A DNA stretch of 64,000 bases from Thermoanaerobaculia bacterium (GCA_036522835.1 DATDFB010000034.1:4383-68382), one strand, 5' to 3'; positions 1-13,062 are shown, counted from the stretch's first letter. Numbers and translations: made by a program. Notes: a model not told the origin generated them from the letters alone.

Positions 1-279
1 ACGTCGATCAGCACGATCTGCCTCTACCTCGCCTACGGCATCCCCATCCTGCTCCACCTCCGCCACCGCCTCCCGCGCGAGGAGACGCCGTGGACGCTCG
101 GCGGCGCCGGGCCGCTCGTGAACGTCGTCGCCGTCGTCTGGATCGCCATCATCACCGTCGTCTTCATGCTCCCGCCGAACGAGCTGGTGCTCTGGACGAT
201 GCTCGCCGTCGCCGTGGCGCTGACGGTTTACTGGCTGCTCGCGGCGCGGCGGAGCTTTCGCGGTCCCGTCGGCGGCTGA
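1..279 (+). CDS. amino acid permease (APC superfamily), C-terminal fragment; 5' end lies outside the window
   Basis: Frame 1 translates without stops to hydrophobic TM-like segments (..ICLYLAYGIPILLHLRHRLPREETPWTLGGAGPLVNVVAVVWIAIITVVFMLPPNE..) ending at TGA 277-279. This pattern is typical of APC-family permease C-termini. Confidence 0.5.
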   Translation, partial: TSISTICLYLAYGIPILLHLRHRLPREETPWTLGGAGPLVNVVAVVWIAIITVVFMLPPNELVLWTMLAVAVALTVYWLLAARRSFRGPVGG

Positions 280-281
280 TC

Positions 282-1037
282 TCAGGCCGAGGCGGTCTGC
301 ATCTCCGCGAGCGCCATCTCTAGCGCGGCGCTCTTGAGCTGTTCCTGCTCGGAGAGATGTTCGACCTGCGCCTGGCGCAGCGCCGAGGCGCGCAGCTCGC
401 GTTGGCCGAGGATGCAGCCCCAGACGAGAAAGACGTCTTCGAACGCCACCCAGGCGGCGTGCTCGAGGAACCGCCACCACTCCGGATTGGCGATGCCGTA
501 GACCGACTCGGGCCAGAAGATGCCGCGCAGGAAGTGATCCGCGGCCACGACGACCGTCGCCGTCACCAGCACCGGCCAGTCGAGATAGAAAGCCAGGAAA
601 GCGAGCGAGCCGAAGACGTGGAAGTGCGTCTCGATCCGGCCGCCGGTGAGATGGATGAGCAGCGCCGACGACAACATCTGCGACGCCGCGATCACGTGGC
701 GCGTGATGGCCGCGCCGGGCTTGAGCCACGCCAGGAGCAGCGGCAGGAGGACGATTCCGCCGCCGCCGAGGATGGCCACCCAGACGTGCATGTGCAGGAC
801 GCGCACTTTTCCTTCCCACGCGTAGGGGGAGACGAAGAGCGCGCCGAGAATGCCGGCCACGTATTGAATGGCCAGCAAGACCGCGAACATCCTGTCGATG
901 CGTTTCCGGCGCGCATCCAACTGTGCGTCGCGCAGCTCCGCCGCGCGGTCCTCGACCGCCGGAGTCGTTTCGTTCATCGTCATGGTCGTCATCGTCGGCC
1001 CCCCTGGTTTCACTTGTTGATGGCGCAGCCGAACACC
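282..1037 (-). CDS. His-rich polytopic membrane protein, function unknown
   Basis: Start MTTMTMNETT chosen inside the longer ORF 282..1550. Multiple hydrophobic helices and conserved-looking His motifs (HMHVW, HLTGG, HFHVFGS). Overlaps the upstream gene by 28 bp (operon). Confidence 0.5.
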   Translation of the reverse strand, partial: GVRLRHQQVKPGGPTMTTMTMNETTPAVEDRAAELRDAQLDARRKRIDRMFAVLLAIQYVAGILGALFVSPYAWEGKVRVLHMHVWVAILGGGGIVLLPLLLAWLKPGAAITRHVIAASQMLSSALLIHLTGGRIETHFHVFGSLAFLAFYLDWPVLVTATVVVAADHFLRGIFWPESVYGIANPEWWRFLEHAAWVAFEDVFLVWGCILGQRELRASALRQAQVEHLSEQEQLKSAALEMALAEMQTASA

Positions 1038-1603
1038 GGATGCGTGCCGGCTCCGGCCTTCGATTTCGCGATCTCGATCACCTCGGCGCTGCCGCTGTTG
1101 AAGCCGGCGTGGCCGCGCAGCAGCGTGATGCCGCCCGAGAAGCGCAGCTTGCCGTCGCCGTCGTAGAGATACGTCTGCCCCGAGGTGAAGCCGCGGAAGA
1201 GACGCGCTTCGTGGCCGTCTTGGTCGAGCACGATGCGCGTACGCGGAAGACGCGACGCCGACGTGAAGACGTCGGTCTTCTCCCACCCCTTGGCGAAGTC
1301 GCTCGGCCGGTAGACGACGATGTACGTCCGCAGCGACGGAGGCGAATGCTCGATGATGCGCTCCAGCTCCGTGATGCTGGCCCGGCTGCACGAGCAGTGC
1401 GGGTGGATGAGCATCACCAGCCGCCACTCGCCCGGCGCGCGCGGAATCCGGCTCGCCGCCGGCCACGAGCCGAGCGCGTCGGCGGCGCGGCCGGGAGTGC
1501 TCTCGAACCGGCGGATGGCGTGCACCATCGCGCCGATGGTGGTGGTCCACAGCAGTGCGGCGAGAATCAGGGCGGCGGCGACGGCGATGCGGCGGGCGCT
1601 CAT
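1010..1603 (-). CDS. thioredoxin-fold-like protein with N-terminal membrane anchor (putative redoxin)
   Basis: Start MSARRIAVAAALILAALLW (TM anchor). Central HPHCSCS cysteine motif. Its stop overlaps the start of the 282..1037 gene and its start overlaps the stop of the 1600..1776 gene. Confidence 0.45.
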   Translation of the reverse strand: MSARRIAVAAALILAALLWTTTIGAMVHAIRRFESTPGRAADALGSWPAASRIPRAPGEWRLVMLIHPHCSCSRASITELERIIEHSPPSLRTYIVVYRPSDFAKGWEKTDVFTSASRLPRTRIVLDQDGHEARLFRGFTSGQTYLYDGDGKLRFSGGITLLRGHAGFNSGSAEVIEIAKSKAGAGTHPVFGCAINK

Positions 1604-1776
1604 TTCTTTTTCAAGGCCTCCATCGCCGTGATCTGCTGCCGGTCTCTCTCGAACTTGATCCGGCCGCCCGTGAGCAGCTCGATCCGCTCCGAGAGCGGAA
1701 TTGCATAAAACTCGCTCTGCGTGAGCTCCACCCGTTTTCCGTCGGGATAGTTCACGGTGGCGCGATCGAAGTTCAT
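1600..1776 (-). CDS. small hypothetical protein (58 aa), first gene of a 3-gene minus-strand operon
   Basis: MNFDRATVNYPDGKRVELTQSEFYAIPLSERIELLTGGRIKFERDRQQITAMEALKKK. ATGA start/stop overlap with the downstream gene. An AT-rich putative promoter region lies at 1800-1900. Confidence 0.35.
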   Translation of the reverse strand: MNFDRATVNYPDGKRVELTQSEFYAIPLSERIELLTGGRIKFERDRQQITAMEALKKK

Positions 1777-1939
1777 CGAGGCGACCCCTTGCTGGTTGTG
1801 ATTGGGTTGGTGCCGGAAGTGTACGAGCGGGCGGCGGATTACGCAATAAGTTGTTTTAATGCAGTAACTTGCGTATTGACGTGAAGACTGAAAGCATGCG
1901 ATCCGGTTACCCGGCAATGCGGTGCTGCGTCCAACTTGC

Positions 1940-2707
1940 ATGCGAACAGCGCTCGCCGTCGTCCTGGCGTTCCTCACCGTCGCCGCTGCCGGCGAGGAGA
2001 TCGTTCCGCAGAAGTTCGTCTGCCGCTATCCACTTTCGCTGCCGACGCCGCCACCGCCGTGCCTTACGCCGGCGACGGTCTGGGACAAGCCGTCGTGCGA
2101 CGACGAGCGATTCGACGCCGCGCTGATCGAGAGCGCGGCGAGCGGCGACCGCTCCGCGATCGAACTGCTGCAGCGCCGCTACGCCGCGGCCGCCACGCAC
2201 GCCGAGCGGATCGCCATCGGCGCGGCGCTCCTCGGCCGCGTCCGCGACGACGGCGCGATCTGGAAGGATCTCGCCGGCTGGGCCGAGCACGCCGTCGAAT
2301 TCCATTTCGACCCCGACGCCGCGGCGGAGAAGCTCGCCGCGTATTGCAAACAGCACGATTGCGCGCCGGACGACTACGACCGGCTGTCGTGGCAAGCCCT
2401 CGATGCGATCTCCGGCGACCGCCGCGCCCGTCCGCTGCTCCTGCGCGCGCTCACGGCCATCGACACCGACGTCGTCAACGAGGGCATCGGCGGCCTGGCC
2501 GCGCAGCACGACGAGACGTCGCTGCCGGAGATCGAGAAGGCGCTGCAACGCTTGCCCGAAGCGGCGTCGATGCTGGCGCTGGCGCTCGTCGATTTCCAAT
2601 CCGACGCCGCCGACAAGATCGCCATCAAGTATCTCGCCGACGACGACCGCGAAGCGTACGCCGAGGAACGTCAACCGCCCGGCGGCGGCACCGGCTCCGT
2701 GAGGTGA
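1940..2707 (+). CDS. secreted hypothetical protein (signal peptide, helical-repeat-like)
   Basis: MRTALAVVLAFLTVAAAGEE signal peptide; no recognisable catalytic motif. Confidence 0.5.
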   Translation: MRTALAVVLAFLTVAAAGEEIVPQKFVCRYPLSLPTPPPPCLTPATVWDKPSCDDERFDAALIESAASGDRSAIELLQRRYAAAATHAERIAIGAALLGRVRDDGAIWKDLAGWAEHAVEFHFDPDAAAEKLAAYCKQHDCAPDDYDRLSWQALDAISGDRRARPLLLRALTAIDTDVVNEGIGGLAAQHDETSLPEIEKALQRLPEAASMLALALVDFQSDAADKIAIKYLADDDREAYAEERQPPGGGTGSVR

Positions 2708-3507
2708 CGGTTGGGCCGGAGGTAGAGCTTGCCGTGCGCGACGTCGAACGTCGTGGTGAAGCGCCGGAGCATCTCCATGCCCATGGCCGGGAACGGCGTC
2801 GCCGGGCCCCAGGAATCGCGAAACGTGAACGGCCCGAGGTGCACGGCGTCGAAGCGGCCGGAGACGGACTGGTAATCGCTGCCGAGTCCTCGGCCGAGCG
2901 TCGACTGGCGCACGACGCGCGCGCGCTTTGCGGCCTCGTCGCCGACGGCGTCGCTCGAGCCGGTGTCGATGCGCACGCGGCGCTCCACGCGCTCCTTGTC
3001 GTTCACGTCGATCGTCACGTTGACGAAGAGACGGTGGTTCGTCTCCTCCAGCGGCAACGCCACGGCATCGTTTGGCGGCCGGAACGTCCGCGGATCGAAG
3101 AAGCGGACGGTGGAGCGCTCGGGATCGAGCTCCACGACGAACGCCTCAAAGAAGTCGGCGCCGACGAGGCCGTGCGTCGTCTTCGGGATCGGGACGCCGC
3201 TGAGGTCGATCACCCACGGCTCCGCGATCCGCAGCGTCACCTTGCCGATGGCCATGTCGAGCGGCGGAGCCTTCTGCATGGCGACGTCGCCCTGGCCGGT
3301 GCCCTTGACCGGCGGCGCCGCCGTGACGGTCAGGCCGAGCTCTTTGACGAGGAACGGATCGATGACGCTGTGCGGCGCGCCGCTGTCGACCGCAAACCAG
3401 TAGGGGCCGTGGCCGGCCACGCGCACCGGGACGAAGAAGAGCCGGTCGTTGCGCCGCGCGTGTACCGAGCCGAGCAGGAGAACTGAAGCGAGAACGATTC
3501 GTAACAT
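2671..3507 (-). CDS. secreted retropepsin-like (pepsin-fold) aspartyl protease family protein
   Basis: Signal peptide MLRIVLASVLLLGSVHA. Two aspartyl-protease active-site-like motifs, AVDSGAP and RIDTGSS. Confidence 0.7.
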   Translation of the reverse strand: MLRIVLASVLLLGSVHARRNDRLFFVPVRVAGHGPYWFAVDSGAPHSVIDPFLVKELGLTVTAAPPVKGTGQGDVAMQKAPPLDMAIGKVTLRIAEPWVIDLSGVPIPKTTHGLVGADFFEAFVVELDPERSTVRFFDPRTFRPPNDAVALPLEETNHRLFVNVTIDVNDKERVERRVRIDTGSSDAVGDEAAKRARVVRQSTLGRGLGSDYQSVSGRFDAVHLGPFTFRDSWGPATPFPAMGMEMLRRFTTTFDVAHGKLYLRPNRHLTEPVPPPGG

Positions 3508-3537
3508 GCCCTCGAATCTCGGCTCAGGCCAGGGTGA

Positions 3538-4326
3538 ATGTCGATGGATGAACGATTGAATTTGCGTAGATTCGGCCCCTTCACGCTCGATCTGGAGAAC
3601 GAGCTGCTGCTGCGCGGCGGCGAGCGCGTGCCGCTGCAGCCGCAGCCGATGAAGGTGCTCCTGCTCCTAGGGGCGCGCGCCGGCGAGCTGGTGACGCGGC
3701 AGGAGCTGCAGCGCGCGGTGTGGGGCGAGGAGACGTTCGTCGACTTCAACCAGGGGCTGAACTGGTGTGTTGCCCGGATCCGCGACGTCCTCGGCGACGA
3801 CGCCGAGCACCCGCGCTTCATCGAGACCGTGCCGCGGAAGGGCTACCGCTTCATCGCGCCGGCCGAGGCGCCGGGGCCGGCGCGCCGGCCATGGCTGGCC
3901 GCCGTGGCGGTGCTCGCCGTCGTCTGCCTCGCGGTCATGCACCGGCAGGCGCCGGTGACGGTCGTGATCCTGCCCTTCGACAACTTCACCGGCGATCCGC
4001 GCAACGAAGCCGTGGCCGGCGCGGCGACGGAGGAGGTGATCAACCGCGTCGGCAGCGCCGATCCGTCGCGCCTCAAGGTCATCGACCGCCTGACCGCGGC
4101 AAAGTTCAAGCGCACCAACGAGTGCATCATCCACATCGGCCGCGCCTTGGGCGCCGACTTCGTCATGGAAGGATCGGTTCTCGACGGCCGTACCACCGCG
4201 GCGCTTTACCGCGTCGCCGACAATACCCAGGTGTGGGCGACGGCGGCGGAGACGCGCGCTTCCGCGGCGGCGATCTCCGCCAAGATCGCCACGACGTTTC
4301 TCGGCAATCCCTCACCGCACGGATAG
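3538..4326 (+). CDS. CadC/OmpR-family winged-helix transcriptional regulator with TM segment and periplasmic domain
   Basis: N-terminal OmpR/PhoB-type DNA-binding signature (FGPFTLDLENELLLRGGERVPLQPQPMKVLLLL...VPRKGYRF), followed by the hydrophobic segment WLAAVAVLAVVCLAV. Confidence 0.7.
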   Translation: MSMDERLNLRRFGPFTLDLENELLLRGGERVPLQPQPMKVLLLLGARAGELVTRQELQRAVWGEETFVDFNQGLNWCVARIRDVLGDDAEHPRFIETVPRKGYRFIAPAEAPGPARRPWLAAVAVLAVVCLAVMHRQAPVTVVILPFDNFTGDPRNEAVAGAATEEVINRVGSADPSRLKVIDRLTAAKFKRTNECIIHIGRALGADFVMEGSVLDGRTTAALYRVADNTQVWATAAETRASAAAISAKIATTFLGNPSPHG

Positions 4327-4329
4327 AAA

Positions 4330-4585
4330 TTCAGCAAACTCGCTGAAAACGGAAGAGCGCACGCTTGCAATGTAAGCAAACTCGCTGAAAATCGAAGAGC
4401 GCACGCTTGCAACGGAAGAGCGCACGCTTGCATCCGAAGCATTTTTCCTTGAGATCGAAGCGTGCGTCCTTCGATTTTCAGCGAACTCGCTTAACTTGGA
4501 AGCGTGCGCTCTTCCATTTTCAGCGAGTTTGCTGACGTTGCAAGCGGCCGTTCTTCGGTTGCAAGCGTCCGTTCTTCGGTTGCAT
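4330..4585. repeat. complex array of a ~37-bp unit (GCAAACTCGCTGAAAA-CGGAAGAGCGCACGCTTGCAA) in direct and inverted orientation
   Basis: There are 2.5 direct copies at 4330-4435, 2 inverted copies at 4450-4540, and 2 diverged inverted partial copies (GTTGCAAGCG-CCGTTCTTCG x2) at 4545-4585. The array lies in the 3'-3' intergenic region. Confidence 0.8.
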
Positions 4586-4613
4586 GGGGGACAGGCGCCC
4601 TCGCCTGTCCCCC
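4586..4613. repeat. perfect 12-bp-stem hairpin GGGGGACAGGCG-CCCT-CGCCTGTCCCCC (GGACAGGC-core hairpin family, copy 1)
   Basis: Seen directly. The same core recurs at 8772-8798 and 28627-28658. Confidence 0.85.
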
Positions 4614-4628
4614 GATCAAAGCGGGTCG

Positions 4629-5228
4629 TTAGTACTTCGGCGCGTAGGCGTTGACCATCACATTGCCGCCGTTCGTGGCCACGGTGGCGGTCACGACCTG
4701 CGGCGGGTACTGCGACGTGTAGCCCCAGAAGTAGCTCGAGTCGCCGTTACAGCCGTTCGTCGAGCCCCACACCGGAGCGCTGAAGTTGAAGCCGGAGTAG
4801 CCGGCGAACCAGTTGGCCCACGACAGGCCGACCGTGCCGAGGCCGCCGGCCGTCACGACGAAGACATGATCCGTGGCGTTCGCGTCGAAGTTGTAGTCGT
4901 ACGACAGGATCGGGCCGGTGGCCAGCGACACCGACGTCGCGCTCGGCGGATTCACCGCCCCCATCGCGCAGCGCAGATCGAGCCGGTATTCGTAGACCCA
5001 CTTCCCCGCCGCCGGCGAGCCCGCCTCCCCCTGGAAGATGCGCGACTGCAGGAACCCGCCGTTGAGCAGCGGCGACGACAGGTCGGTGACGGTCACGGTG
5101 CCGTCGGTGCTGAAGACGTAGTTGACGGCGGGGGCGGAGGTGTTGACCACGTTGAGCGCCGCCCGCGCCGGCGCGGCCACCATCGTCGAGGCGGCGATGG
5201 CGAGCATGATGAGATAGAGGCGAGTCAT
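4629..5228 (-). CDS. secreted hypothetical protein
   Basis: Start MTRLYLIMLAIAASTMVAAPARA (signal peptide) within the longer ORF 4629..5462. Gly/Ser/Thr-rich mature part. Confidence 0.5.
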   Translation of the reverse strand: MTRLYLIMLAIAASTMVAAPARAALNVVNTSAPAVNYVFSTDGTVTVTDLSSPLLNGGFLQSRIFQGEAGSPAAGKWVYEYRLDLRCAMGAVNPPSATSVSLATGPILSYDYNFDANATDHVFVVTAGGLGTVGLSWANWFAGYSGFNFSAPVWGSTNGCNGDSSYFWGYTSQYPPQVVTATVATNGGNVMVNAYAPKY

Positions 5229-5351
5229 TGTTTTTTCGATTCCTTCCTTTCGTCCGTTTTCGTGGGACGCGAAGTAGTGCAGAAACCGATGTAACCGTTT
5301 CCATCGATTGGTGACGCGCATCACGGTCGCGGTAAAATTCTTTTTCCACCC

Positions 5352-9413
<4,062 letters not shown>

Positions 9414-9516
9414 CCGGTGCTGGCGGCGGCATAGGTCGGCAACGCCGCCGCACGACGCTGGCTAATCGCTGTTAGCCGGACTGCCGCGATTTCCGACACT
9501 TAATGGGGCAACTACG

Positions 9517-9918
9517 CTATCTTCGATCGGAATCAGACGTTGTCCTCGGCGCCGGCTTATGCTCAAGTGTCACATTGAAATGCGACGACGGTGCCTTTAC
9601 GATTTTGGTGCTTCCATGGGTTTTCCAACCAGAAGCAATCACCTGTAAAGCAATATCGCCAACCGGCACACCTGAGAATTGGGCTCGGCCGCGTTTGTCA
9701 GTAAACAGCGACTCATTATATGAATCATCAGTGGTCGTTAAAAGCACGTTGGCGTTCTGAACTGCCTTGCTGTCACCAGTCACCAAGACCACGACGGCGG
9801 CTGTTATCGTCTTGGCGTCTTTCTCTTTGTCCTTATCTTTGGCTTTAGCCTTGCCCTGGGCGGCCGCATCCACCACGGAGCAAATGCAAATGATGACGCT
9901 GAGTAGGATCGTTAGCAT
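9517..9918 (-). CDS. small secreted protein with carboxypeptidase-regulatory-like (Ig-like) domain
   Basis: Start MLTILLSVIICICSVVDAAAQ (signal peptide). ..VLVTGDSKAVQNANVLLTTTDDSYNESLFTDKRGRAQFSGVPVGDIALQVIASGW.. resembles the CarboxypepD_reg fold. Lower GC than the flanks. Confidence 0.45.
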   Translation of the reverse strand: MLTILLSVIICICSVVDAAAQGKAKAKDKDKEKDAKTITAAVVVLVTGDSKAVQNANVLLTTTDDSYNESLFTDKRGRAQFSGVPVGDIALQVIASGWKTHGSTKIVKAPSSHFNVTLEHKPAPRTTSDSDRR

Positions 9919-9943
9919 CCGAAATCGACCGACGTCAACACGT

Positions 9944-10930
9944 CTATTGGCGTGCAACCAGCTTCTGGAAGATTTCGTCATAATAAGGTTTCTCCTTCAA
10001 AGCTGCACGGGAGCCCGGGAAGTATATCAACGTCACTTCAACCGAAACATCTCGCAGCTTCGTAACTACTAGTGCGCATCGTTCGCCGCCCAATAGCGGT
10101 ATATTTCGAATCATCGGGAAATCGAAAATTCCCACGTCCAAAACAGAATCGAGTTCATCGTCTGAATTATTACCGCGAACCGTTAGTCGAACCCGGATTG
10201 TCTTTTGTTTGATGTCGACTCGTAGTACGTCAACGGAAAACCGACGTGGTTGCTCACCGCCGCGCAAGGCGAGAGTCACGGAATCCAATGCCTGAATTCC
10301 TTCTGGCGGAACCTGTTTGTTCTCGTCTAAGTTAATAGTGCTATCTCGTTTAGCTCCTACCGATTCAAGCGCAGCCAGCTGCTGCTGATTCACCTTACTT
10401 GCGAGGGACTCGACCCGACGGCGCAATGGTTCGTTCTCCAGACCCTTCGCGCTCAACTCTGAGTATAAATGTTCAAAGAGCGGCGCCAAATCGAGCGAAT
10501 TGTGAAAATTGCGTGCAAGAAGATCCAGTTTGATAACCTTTTCACGAGCGGAGCTGTCATGCGTACTGGTAAGGAACGCATTCAGAGTCGTATTGAACAT
10601 CTCTTTTCGCAGCGCACTATCCGCAGCCTCTCGACTGCTCATTAACTGTGCGTACAAATTCACGCTAGCGGCTAGGCGTTGTTGTCGATCAAGATAGTCG
10701 GACGCCAAAACGCCGAGATAGGCAGTTAATCCAGCGACCAAAAGAGCGCCAACTGGCTTAAAAAGTATGTCAATCTTATCCCAGATGTCTTTTCCGGAAG
10801 GCGGCCCCTTCCCCTCGTCATTATTTGCCGCGGCACGCGCTTCCTCTGTCAACTTTGGCGGTTCGTTCACGCCCGCCGCCGATGTGGCGGCAGTCGAGCT
10901 CTCACTACCGACGGGCAAGGCCGTAGCCAT
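9944..10930 (-). CDS. hypothetical membrane-anchored protein (island gene)
   Basis: ORF 9944..10957 with a TM segment (LFKPVGALLVAGLTAYLGVLASDYL). Start set at MATALPV; 10957 is an alternative start. Lower-GC codon usage. Confidence 0.45.
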   Translation of the reverse strand: MATALPVGSESSTAATSAAGVNEPPKLTEEARAAANNDEGKGPPSGKDIWDKIDILFKPVGALLVAGLTAYLGVLASDYLDRQQRLAASVNLYAQLMSSREAADSALRKEMFNTTLNAFLTSTHDSSAREKVIKLDLLARNFHNSLDLAPLFEHLYSELSAKGLENEPLRRRVESLASKVNQQQLAALESVGAKRDSTINLDENKQVPPEGIQALDSVTLALRGGEQPRRFSVDVLRVDIKQKTIRVRLTVRGNNSDDELDSVLDVGIFDFPMIRNIPLLGGERCALVVTKLRDVSVEVTLIYFPGSRAALKEKPYYDEIFQKLVARQ

Positions 10931-11255
10931 GTGGGCCCCCCACAATCTCAAAGTCATACCTGACGGGCTCGTCGTAGGAATGCACTTTTGCGCGAGGTGT
11001 TACTTCCGGCGAGCCGATAAGTACTCGTAAGGTGCATGAGCCTTGTTCACGGACGTAAATTTTATAACCGCCGCCGGACTGCACAATGCCCGTATACACG
11101 TATTCGCCACTGCATCGTATTTCTAAATGTGCGCCATTCGCAGGGCGACCATCGCCGAAACGAATACTGCCGTAGATTACGTCAGCTTTCAGTTCCCCCA
11201 GCGAAAGTATAAGAAACACAATGCAACTTGTGATACCTATGCGCATCAAAAGCAT
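10905..11255 (-). CDS. small secreted hypothetical protein (island gene)
   Basis: MLLMRIGITSCIVFLILSLGELKA signal peptide. AGGAGA Shine-Dalgarno sequence 6 nt upstream on the minus strand. Confidence 0.5.
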   Translation of the reverse strand: MLLMRIGITSCIVFLILSLGELKADVIYGSIRFGDGRPANGAHLEIRCSGEYVYTGIVQSGGGYKIYVREQGSCTLRVLIGSPEVTPRAKVHSYDEPVRYDFEIVGGPHGYGLARR

Positions 11256-11354
11256 GGCTATCTCCTGCGGCAAACATGGACCGATTTGCGATTTGTATAT
11301 TGTGCCGCCGCCGTGATTGCGAGTCAATGCATTTAAAACGGAGCCTACAAGGCC

Positions 11355-11380
11355 GGCTAACTACCCTCACAAGCTGACAA
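11355..11380. repeat. left copy of 26-27-bp direct repeat GGCTAACT[A/G]CCCTCACAAGCTGACAA
   Basis: Matches 13063-13089 with 2 mismatches. Together the two copies bracket the non-coding region plus the DUF3800-like gene. Confidence 0.85.
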
Positions 11381-11405
11381 AAACCGCCGAGCCCTGGCTC
11401 GGCGG
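11377..11405 (-). terminator. intrinsic-terminator-like hairpin on the minus strand (CCGCCGAGCC-agg-GGCTCGGCGG followed by TTTTTGT)
   Basis: 10-bp GC stem with a 3-nt loop, followed by a T-run when read on the minus strand. This would terminate a minus-strand transcript coming from the 11400-12060 non-coding region. Confidence 0.5.
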
Positions 11406-11674
11406 CGGAGCCGCCTCGGGCGGCTCGAACTGCACGCACGCGGCACGTCGGCTGCAGTTCGCTCCCGCCAATTCGTGTTGGTCGCGGCAGCCGCCGCGCC
11501 GCTTTCGGGAGGCCGGCATGGTGGGCGGTTTTTGCAGCTTAGAGTGAGCGCGTTAGGCCGGCGCGCGACTTGCTCGAGAATCACGATGCACTAAGCACGA
11601 CACTCGCAAGCCTCGCGGACGCCGAAAATCCAGTTCATCGCCAGCGTCACGTTCCGCCCTCGCAGCGCCGCAGG

Positions 11675-11847
11675 GTGAGGAACGGGCCGCGACCAGCAAG
11701 ACGCGCCGCCGCCGAAGCGACAGTTTGGGCACTCGATCTGTGGGACTTGCATAATTGCACGCTCAGCGCAAAGTCGAGTGCCCAAACAGTCGCTTCACCG
11801 TCCGCCCGGCGCACGCTCGTCGCGGCCCGTTCCTCACGCGCCGCCCA
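11675..11847. repeat. nested long imperfect palindrome (~173 bp) inside a ~690-bp ORF-free region; possible structured RNA or recombination site
   Basis: Outer arms GTGAGGAACGGGCCGCGAC (11675-11693) and GTCGCGGCCCGTTCCTCAC (11829-11847). Inner arms CGACAGTTTGGGCACTCGA (11718-11736) and TCGAGTGCCCAAACAGTCG (11774-11792). Centre TTGCATAATTGCA. Confidence 0.8.
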
Positions 11848-12068
11848 CCCCTGCGCGTTCGGGCCATCCAGTTGGCTGTCACGCCGCTCGCAATCTCGCA
11901 CCTCAGTGCTCGCACCTGCGGCGCGGCGAGCGGCGCACCAGCCAACAGCATGGCCCTCGGCGCGCCCCACCGGCGCCGTCGCTGCTCCCGCCCGTTCATC
12001 CGCGATGGTCGGTTGAGGAAACATCAGCCGGCTGCGTTACGGGCTCCAAAGCGTATCCTTCTAGTAGG

Positions 12069-13046
12069 ATGCTAGAGCTCTACCTTGACGAAAGCGGAAC
12101 CCATGATACGAAGGACGAGCCACTCCTGATCATGGCGGGGTATCTGGCCGAGGAAGCGAAGTGGTCGCGGTTTAACCAGCGCTGGTCCGAGGTCCTTAGG
12201 CAATTCCAAATTGACCGTTTCCACATGAAGGATCTTAGGAATCTTCGCCACAAGCGGCTTAGGCACTTGTCTAGAACGCAGCGCTTAGAGCTGCTCACCG
12301 CATTAATCGCTATCACAGCCGAAACGGCGCTCATCGGCACGATAGCTTTTCTGCGACCTTCAGATTATCTCGCCGTGACTGATAAAAAATTCCGGAGCAG
12401 GTACGGTAGCGCATACGGGATGCTCGTTACGCTAACGCTTCTCAAGCTGGATTCGATTCTACTCAACCAAATCCATGAGCCAGATACAATCCGGGTGTTT
12501 ATCGAAGAAGGCCACGTAAACGCCGCTGACGTACTACGTCTGCTTCGATATTGGCAGGAGGATACCGCCGCAGCGCCGATAATATATGAAGGAGAGCCAG
12601 TAGAGACAATCCTTTCTGATCCCAGCCGAACATCTCGTATGCGAATCGCCGAGTTCGGCCTCGGATCAAAGACGGCAACGTATCCGCTCCATGCCTCTGA
12701 CATGCTCGGCTATTTCGCATCATTATCTCTGTCGTTTCGAATCGACGACGAATTCACAGCTGTATTCGACACTCTCCTGGGCCGCATACCCCACATTTCG
12801 ACTTTTTGGAATCGCAGCAGCCTGGAAGAACTCGTTCAACTCGTTCTGGCTGACGAGCGCGAAAAACAGGAAATTCGCGACGGCTGGAATGATATTCGGC
12901 GTTACCTCGCGTCGTATGACGTTAAGCTCAATGTTTTACCGTGGGGCGTGACCATGGATGCTCGCCATCTGTCCGAGGAAAAGTGGGCAGAGGTGCGTGC
13001 TCACATAAAAGGTGATTTAGAAAATCAGCAGAACCTAAAACGCTAG
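12069..13046 (+). CDS. DUF3800-like protein (N-terminal LYLDESG motif; predicted RNase-H-like fold family)
   Basis: Start MLELYLDESGTHDTKDEPLLIMAGYL matches the hallmark N-terminal motif of DUF3800. 325 aa, moderate GC. Start chosen within ORF 11778..13046 because the upstream part lies in the palindromic non-coding region. Confidence 0.65.
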   Translation: MLELYLDESGTHDTKDEPLLIMAGYLAEEAKWSRFNQRWSEVLRQFQIDRFHMKDLRNLRHKRLRHLSRTQRLELLTALIAITAETALIGTIAFLRPSDYLAVTDKKFRSRYGSAYGMLVTLTLLKLDSILLNQIHEPDTIRVFIEEGHVNAADVLRLLRYWQEDTAAAPIIYEGEPVETILSDPSRTSRMRIAEFGLGSKTATYPLHASDMLGYFASLSLSFRIDDEFTAVFDTLLGRIPHISTFWNRSSLEELVQLVLADEREKQEIRDGWNDIRRYLASYDVKLNVLPWGVTMDARHLSEEKWAEVRAHIKGDLENQQNLKR

Positions 13047-13062
13047 TCACAACCTCGGTAGC

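Noticed and set aside
1936-3486. 516-aa ORF on the plus strand spanning two real genes
   Set aside because: Extremely Arg-rich (RRRR runs), spans the convergent secreted-protein and aspartyl-protease genes, and has no motifs. Treated as a GC artefact.
11570-12075. Several 60-150-aa ORFs in the 11400-12060 region
   Set aside because: Mutually overlapping on both strands, Arg/Ala-rich, no RBS. The region is dominated by long palindromes and is better explained as structured non-coding DNA/RNA.
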